Assembly (NCBI RefSeq): GCF_009914755.1
Contig: NC_060939.1
Length of the DNA: 64,000 nt
From: the human T2T-CHM13v2.0 reference genome, Homo sapiens
Strand: one strand, 5' to 3'
Under the pieces are notes generated by a model. It had not been told where the DNA came from. It made no database searches and saw only the letters and a program-made list of their open reading frames with translations. The position numbers and the translations under genes are program-made. The number at the start of each line of letters is the position of its first letter. Position 1 is the first letter of the stretch. Shown piece by piece: positions 55,441 through 64,000 of this stretch.

Positions 55441-56961
55441 ACAAGGGGTTTAGAATAGATTGAGTGCTCAATAGTGGTGTTTCAAATCAAACTCATCATC
55501 TCCATTTCACAAGGGAGGAAAGTGAGGCCCAGAGGGGCTTCGGGACTCAAAGCCTGGGTGAGCTGACTCTGGAGCCCAAATGCCATACACACCAGGGGGA
55601 GTGGTTGGACATTATGCAGGCGGGGGCATCCACCCAGGCTCCCCCACCCCATCTAAGCTCCCCACTGGCTGTGGGGCCACTTACAAGACATGCCCTTTCC
55701 CATCTGTGCCCTGCAGCCTTCTCTGACCCCTAGTACCCTCCAGTCTCTGCTGAGGTCTGGGCCCATGCCGGTCCACCCCCCTACCCAGGTCCATGCAGCC
55801 TTCTTCCCTCTGCCAGTTCACATCTCCCTGGCTGCTTGGCTGCCCTGACCATTTTCCCCTCACCTGTGAGGTGTGCTCTTTGGGTAATGATTACGTGAAA
55901 TGGCTCACCTACAGCTTTATAGATTTACAATCCCCCCAGTCCCAGTGGGTGAAGCTCAGAGTTAATGATTGCTAGAAAAGCTTCCCACAAATGCAAATCA
56001 TCTAGGGAGATGCAGCAGCTCCCTGGACGCTCCCTCACTGGCCTGGCATTGAAATGCACCCGGGGTGCTATGTCTTGGCTTTCTCCACGTGCCCACCCTC
56101 CTTTCCCCTTCTCCCCATGCTGTGCTCCCACCTCTTGCCTCTCTGAGCTCAGCACCAGCAGGCCTCCCTACTTGCCGTCTGCCAGTCTGCCTCCCTGCCT
56201 TGTGCCTCTGCTGTCTCTGGGGACATCGTTCCCTTCTCTGCCAAAGCAAGTCCTCAGCCTCTTTGGTATCCACCTAAAGCACTGCCTCCACCAGGAGCCT
56301 GCCCTGACTGCACCACCATCCTTGCGCAGGGTTTCTTCTCTGAACTTCGCCGAGCCACCAGGCAGATCTTTTCTGAGTGCTATCCCATACATCGGGCAAT
56401 GTTTCGTTGCGAGGACTCAGCAGTGGGCAAGGCAGGAGCCCTGCCATCCAGAGGGGCATTGGTGTGCTCTGGGAGCACCCAGCCAGCCTGAGCTGCAGCA
56501 GGGGCTCAGAGGAGAAGAGGGGTGCACTGGAGGCTGATGAAGTGGGGCTCGGGCTGGGACAGACGGTGTGGTGGAATTGCCTAGGCAGGCAAGAAATGCA
56601 TCTCGAAGCAGAGGGGGCAGCTTGTTCGAAGCACAAGGCAGGATTTGGTGTCAGACATTATGCAGCCATGTCATGTTTGAGACACCTGTTTAACACCCAG
56701 GTGGAGGCAGGTGATCCCTCAGAGATGTCTGTCTCCCTCTCTCCTGTTACCTGCTCGTGGTCCACTGGGTATGTCTTGTCTCCTCAGAAAGATGGGGTTC
56801 TCTTTGAGGGCAGCCAACATTTCTGACACTCTGCCCAGCTCAGACCCCAGCACTGAGCACGCACTCACTGCAGAGATGTGGGATTGAATTTAAACTCACC
56901 TCCGTCATCCATTCTGCCTCCTTCTTCTTGGGGCACCTGCTTTTCACCTTGTCCTGCTAGT

Positions 56962-57640
<679 letters not shown>

Positions 57641-58794
57641 CTATGGGTCCCCAGCTCCTTGTACTTCTGCTTGCTTTTGGTTGTGAGTGTCTTGTCTCCC
57701 AAACGGATTCTAGGCCATGTGACCCGAACGAGCACAGCTCAGAGCAGTTGTTCCCTCCTTGGGCTGAGCATGGGACTCACCACTGGAGCCTGATAACAGG
57801 GTGATCCCCAGGCAGCACCCCAAGGGACCCTGATTCAGAAGGTTCGAGATAGGCCCACCTTGGCGGCTCTGGGTTCTGACAAGCCAGGTTTCTTTGGAAA
57901 CACAGCTGGGCTTGGGACTTGCTGCCAGAGAGGTTTCCAGGCTCCTGTCTCTACCCTAGCTTTAACCAGTCCTCACCTCTTCCCAGGGTTAGAAACTTAG
58001 ACTCGATTTGGACATTTTTGGAGCAGGGAGCTCAGTGCCCATGGAGCAGCATGCGGGTGCTTGCCTCTGTGGGTTGAGCTGAATGAAGCCTGTCTCCTGG
58101 AAGCTCTTGTCTGGGGGTCTTGGTTCTGCTCTCAGCGGTTGCATGGCCTCCTCCAGGTTCCCAGCCTGCTGCCCCTGGACATGTGAAGGCACTCACCCTC
58201 GCCCCACGTCTTCTCTGGGTCTCCTTCCTTTCCTTCCTCTGCGGTCTGGTCTGGCTTCCACAGGCTGGCAGCTTTATCTCAGACTTCAAGTTTCTGATCA
58301 GATTAGAAGCTTGAGAGCAGGGTGGAGATAGGATCTCGCCTTCCCCCGCAGCCAGAGCCTTCCCCGTTGGGGTGAGGGGAACCCAACAGTCAGGGCCTGG
58401 AGTCACCTTCCATCAGCCTGGCAGGGGCTTCGCCCTTTCCCAGCCTTGGGGGAGGACCCCGCCTGCTGCACCCACCCTGGAGGCCAACTAGCTGGGTAGC
58501 ATAGAGCCAGAACGATCCCAGGCTGGCGTTTGGCACCCTGGTGCTAGATCTACAGGGCTCAGCAGCAGACTGGCTCCAGGTGGGCTCTGCTCCTCTTACC
58601 TGGGACCAGCTTTACAGTCACTGACGTGGGTCCCCTTCCCCTCCCCTGACCCTTGGTGAGCTGGATTTAAATGAGCTGGGGTTCGGCCTGGGCATTAGTA
58701 TTTTTTAACTTTCTGGGTGGTTTGGATGTCCATTCAGAGAGGTGCCTATCCCCTTCCAGCTCTGACAATGCATGGAAATAGTTATTGCATGCTC

Positions 58795-60010
58795 GGGTAA
58801 GATCACCAGGGCCGATAATATGCATATCATATATTGCTGAAATCAGTATTTGTATTTTACAAAAAGGTATTTAAAAAATGTAAAACAGGAAACCCAAATA
58901 TTTAATAATTTTAAATATAAAAATGCTTTAGAATACCAATAAACATTGACTTAGAAAAATACACATTCTCATTCTAGTCTATGTTAGCAGATAAAATAAA
59001 CAAAAATGAAATATTCAAAACATTAAAACCTATCCACCTCAAAACCTCAAAATTCAGTCATGGAAAGTTCAAGAAGGGATACTATTTGATCCCTTTTAAA
59101 GCAGAAATTTAAAATCAAAGGATGTTGGCAATATCATTATGTCACAAGTATGCTTTTTTTCCCTGTAAAATTTTCTAGAAAAAGCTTTTCCTGACTCTAC
59201 CCTAGTTGGGGAATAGTGAGAAGATATATTTGTGTGATATCTTCGAATATTTTCCGCCGACAAGGCCTTTTGGCTTTTTTTCAGAGACTGCCGTCTTTTA
59301 TTTATAAGGAGCCACAATTTTTGTTTCTAAAGCATTTCCGATTTGCCTTTGAGTTCTTTGGTTTTATCTTGTTCAGATGGAGATTCTGATGCACGCTTCC
59401 TGTATCAGTTTCAAAACTGTCATGTTGATATCCCACATGTTAGGAAAGTCTGTGAATAGAGTGGTAATTATTCTTGCAACAGAGTTTTGCTTTGTCTATA
59501 GGCATGCAACATCTGAGTAGGATTCAAAAGACATATTTCATATTTCAGGGTTTTTTCTGACATTGTTATTCTCTCGTTTTCAAAGCATATACAAAGATTG
59601 AGAGATTAGTAGATTAACTTCCATGCTGGCTCCAGCAATTATCAACTCATGGCCGTTTTTTATCTATACTCTTACCCAGTCCCCTGGATCCCCACCAGAT
59701 TTTGTTACAGCCGGTCTGAGACGTCATATCGTTTTATCTGCAATTACTTCAGTATACATCTCCAAAGGAAAATGGCCCAATAAAACACATAACCACAGTA
59801 CTATTACTGTACCTTAAGAATTGATAATTCCTCATTATCATAAAAGAGCAAATGTTGACATTTTCCCAGTTGTCTCCTACATTTTGTTTTACAATTAGTT
59901 TGTTTGAGATTTCCTATGTTTAAACTTTTGAAATAAATATCTTTGGACCAAACAGATATACAATTTTGGCACTGAAGTGCAGTTTTCGTGAACACAGCGT
60001 GGCAACCACC
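58795..60010 (-). mobile_element. hAT transposase fossil (Blackjack-like), interrupted by an L1MC fragment (~59555-59905)
   Basis: Minus strand ~59180-59270 reads GKY...YLLTIP(fs)PTRVESGKAFS, the hAT dimerisation motif. Confidence 0.55.
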
Positions 60011-60360
60011 AGGTAGAAGATGCCAGACAACCAGGCCAGACCCTGCCTCTAGGGCTCAGAGTGCAGTGGACAGCAGAAGTCATTCAGTGGCTCAGCAAAC
60101 ATTCATTCATTGAACAGGAACACTGGACAGTGTTCCTGGGCTGGGCACCACGGGCACAGCAATGACCAAGACAAGCTGGGTCTGTCTTGACCTGATGGAA
60201 ACCAGGACACTGGAATCTAACTGAAGTTTGCAAATGAAATGATAGATACCCTTGTACTGGAACCCAGAAGTGAGTGGAAGCTAATTTTACCCTAGAAAGC
60301 ATTATAGAGCAGGTGACATTTGCGTTTAGCCATAACAAAAGGAAGAATTTTGTCAAGAAG

Positions 60361-60969
60361 ACTGGTGGCTTATGCCTGTAATCCCAGCACTTTTGGAGGC
60401 CAAGGTGGGAGGGTCACTTGAGACCAGCCTGGGCAACATAGTGAGACCCCATTTCTAAAAAAAAAAAAAAAAAAAATTAAAAACTAGCCAGGGCCGGGTG
60501 CAGTGGCTCATGTCTGTAATCCCAGCACTTTGGGAGGCTGAGACAGGCAGATCACCTGAGGTCAGGAGTTCGAGACCAGCCTGGCCATCCATGGCTAACA
60601 TGGTGAAACCCTGTCTCTACTAAAAATACAAAAATCAGCTGGGCGCGGTAGCGGGCACCTGTAATCCCAGCTACTTAGGAGGATAAGACAGGAGGCAGAG
60701 GTTGCAGTGAGCCGAGATCGCACCACTGCACTCCAGCCTGGATGACAGAGGGAGACCCCGTCTCAAAAAAACCAAAAATAAAAAACAAGAAAAAAACCTA
60801 GCTAGGTACTGTGGCGTGTGCGTGTGGTCCAAGCTACTCAGGAGGGAGGCTGTGGTAAGAGGATCATTTCAGCCTAGGAGGTCGAGGCTGCAGTGAGCTG
60901 TGTTTGTACCACTGCACTCCAGGCTGGGTGACAGAGTGAGACCCTGTCTCAAAAAAAAAAAAAAAAAAA
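60361..60969 (+). mobile_element. AluJ with an AluS (60491-60800) nested in its linker
   Basis: Left arm 60361-60488, nested element with AAAA(A/C)CTAGC(C/T)AG duplication, right arm 60800-60950. Confidence 0.9.
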
Positions 60970-61203
60970 GAAGAAGAAGGAGAAGAGGAAGAAGAAGAAG
61001 AAGAAGAAGAAGAAGAAGAAGAAGAAGAAGAAGAAGAAGAAGAAGAAGAAGAAGAAGAAGAAGAAGAAGAAGAAGAAGAGGGAGAAGAAGAAGAAGATGA
61101 GGAAGAAGAAGAAGAGGAAGAGGAAGAAGAAGAAGAAGAAGAAGAAGAAGAAGAAGAAGAAGAAGAAGAAGAAGAAGAAGAGGAAGAGGAAGAAGAAGAG
61201 GAA
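60970..61203 (+). repeat. (GAA)n tract: pure (GAA)30 at 60988-61077 and (GAA)19 at 61123-61179
   Basis: Counted directly. Confidence 0.97.
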
Positions 61204-63249
61204 TTATTTCATCAAGAAGAGAAGATGGAGTAAGAGATGTCTCATCCAGTGCAAATAACGAGCACAAAGAGCGCATGGGGGTGGGAAGTTCCTGGTGCAC
61301 TAAGGACCGAGATGACAGGAGGGCAGGCATATGGCAAGGCTGGTGGGAGGTGGGGCTGGGGGACTGCGGAGGGCTTGAGGATATGCTAAGGAGTGGGGTT
61401 TTCCAGGACCTACTGCTGGGGACTGCGCTATTTTCTTGTTTGAACATAAAGTGTGGAACATGGGGCAGGAGAAGAGAACCTTGCAGGAACAATGAGGAGG
61501 ATTTGGATTTCCAAGCCCTTCCTGGAGCCCTCTGTCCACTAGGCCAAGAGTCTGCCTGGATCTCCATGAGTCTCCAGGGATAACACAGAGGCTGGCGCAC
61601 AGTGAGTGCTTGATATAGGTCTACTAGCAGATGGCCTCTGCCATGCTCCCAGTGAGAGTGCTCCCACCAGCCTCCACCTTCACCTATGGTGGTGAGGGAG
61701 GGATCCCCCTCTTTATGCCTTCGGCTCAGGGAAATGGGGTGGCTTTTCCAAATGCATGAGCTGTTAGGCTTTAGGACTTGGTCCCCAGCTCCCCTGAACG
61801 GCCAGTGGTGCTCCTGGGCCAGAGGCAGGATGGGGGCACATAGAGTAAGGCTCACCTGTGACCTTCTCAGGTGAATGTACAAGCAAATGCCAGCATTTGC
61901 AACCCATGGGCTGGCTGACACAATTAATCCTTTTAAGACCTGCCAAGAGTTAGAGGACTCATTCATTTATTTTCTTCTAATAGCGTTGCGTTAAATGAAA
62001 GAAAGAAAAAGAAAAAAGAATATACATGCTCATTGTGGGCAAACCCTGTTGTTACAGAAAAGGAGAAAGAGTAAAGCAAATCCCTAGATTTGCTGATCTA
62101 CCACTACCATCTAGAGAGAGCCACGATGAACAGCCTTCTAAATCTTCTTCTGTTCATAAATACAAAGCAGTTAAATGTAGCACCATTTTATATAGACAGT
62201 ATTACGAGATTTAGGCTGTTCTATAACCTGCTTTTTTTCACTTAACAACTTGTCATGACACCGTTACCTGTCAGTTACCACAGATCTGTACCATTTTTAA
62301 TAGCCCCACGGTACAGTTTTGCATGGATGTGGCCGTAAGTTACCCACCAGTTCTGTTGCCAGAAATGTGGATTGTTTTCCATTTTTCTCTGCAATGTGCT
62401 AGGGAATATCATTCAGCTTTTTCAGATATGTAATAATCGTCTAGCAGTAAATATTTAGAATAGCTGGGATAGCTAGGGCAAAAAAAAAAAAAAAAGAAAA
62501 AAGAAAAAAGGCTCAGTACACTCAGAGTCCTAAGCCAAGCTGGGAGGTCACCATGGCAACCCCCTGCCATCCTCACACAGGGAGTGCCCATTTGCCACGG
62601 CTCCAGCCCAGGAGGTGGGTCAGAGCTGGAGGAGAAACAGTCTGTTTTCAAGCAGTTTTATAAACCAAGGGCAGAAGGCACAGGAGAGAGCATTAATGCA
62701 GACCTGAGACAGCTTAAAATGCAGTGGTGATAATAGCTCTTTATTGAGTCCTTGTCATCTGGTAGATACCATGGGTTTTCATCCTCACCAGAGCCGTTGA
62801 AACTTTTATGATCCTCATTCAAGTGATTAGAAACTCAGAAACTAAGGAATCTGTCCAAGGGCACACAGTAAATGATGGAGCCAGGGTTTGAAATTAGGCT
62901 GCATTCACTCTTCAGCATTCTCCTTGCCACCACAATTGGAGTGGCCAGCCTCTGTCTCATCACCATCCCTGAGGCTCAGGTTCTCTTTTCCCAGTCCCAC
63001 TAGAGCATTCATTCCCACCCCATTCATATGCAGCGCACACCAATTCTTCATCTGGCCTCTGTTTTCTGGGCTCCACTCTGGCCTCCTGCCACTCCATACC
63101 CTGCGTACTTCCGTGCTGAACTACAGATAGGTCCTCGAATGGCACGCCCTCTTCCTACCTCCATGGCCCTGTCCTGCTATACCCTCAGCTCTCCCCCATA
63201 GCTGTGGCACTCCTATTGACTCTTCAAGACTTATCCCAAGTTTCATTTC

Positions 63250-63591
<342 letters not shown>

Positions 63592-63824
63592 TAATGCCCT
63601 CCTCTGTGTTCCCCTAGAGGCATAACCACTATTTTTTAAGCACTGTCTATCCCCAGGCAGCTGCATCGCCCTTATAGGTCAGGCAGCCACAGCACCCTAG
63701 AATGTTTGTTTCTCTTGCAGAGGGAACGAGCACCCACCTGGGCCTGCAGCCAGGTGCACAGTGAGTCTGCAATAACCACTGCTTTACTATTAGATGTGCC
63801 GCGTGGCAATTGTTAGTGCAGATC

Positions 63825-63970
63825 TACACTAGAATGTGAGCTCTTAAGGGATAGAACTGTTGTGTCTGCTTCTTCATCCCCATATCTTTCCTACCATAGC
63901 TTTGGACATATAGTAGGTATTCAGGAAATGTGTGCTGAATGAATGAATGAATGAATGAATGAATGAATGA
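63825..63970 (+). mobile_element. L2 3' end with (TGAA)n
   Basis: ACTAGAATGTGAGCTC..ACATATAGTAGGTATTCA..TGAATGAATGAA. Confidence 0.85.
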
Positions 63971-64000
63971 TCAAGCATATTCCTGCCCACTCTCCACTTC

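Noticed and set aside
60869-61966. 365-aa minus-strand ORF with poly-Leu
   Set aside because: Built from the (TTC)n strand of the GAA repeat plus antisense Alu; no protein-like composition

Overview
Primate (almost certainly human, 15q23) genomic DNA. 1-~10670 is the end of GLCE (D-glucuronyl C5-epimerase): last intron, last coding exon (6683-7707, Ile597 allele) and a ~3 kb 3'UTR with miR-218 sites. An intergenic stretch follows, then a CpG-island promoter and non-coding first exon at ~37.0-38.3 kb. I assign this to PAQR5 (membrane progestin receptor gamma) from recalled gene order only, as no PAQR5 coding sequence lies in the window. Everything after 37574 is read as repeat-rich intron. The top observation is a set of seven + strand segments at 11449-15271 with phase-consistent splice signals. 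After correcting a few 1-nt indels they spell signal peptide / cysteine-rich domains / stalk / transmembrane / cytoplasmic start, i.e. a candidate decayed TNF-receptor-superfamily unitary pseudogene between GLCE and PAQR5 (inference, needs cross-species alignment). Other notable items: a chimeric AluYa5/AluYb8 element, a fold-back at the GLCE 3' end hiding a miR-218 site between two poly(A) signals, two local inverted templated duplications flanking the CpG island, a 71-bp triplication in a MER21 LTR, and an Alu-derived (GAA)30 tract in intron 1. Repeat subfamily names come from recalled consensus sequences and repeat boundaries are approximate.
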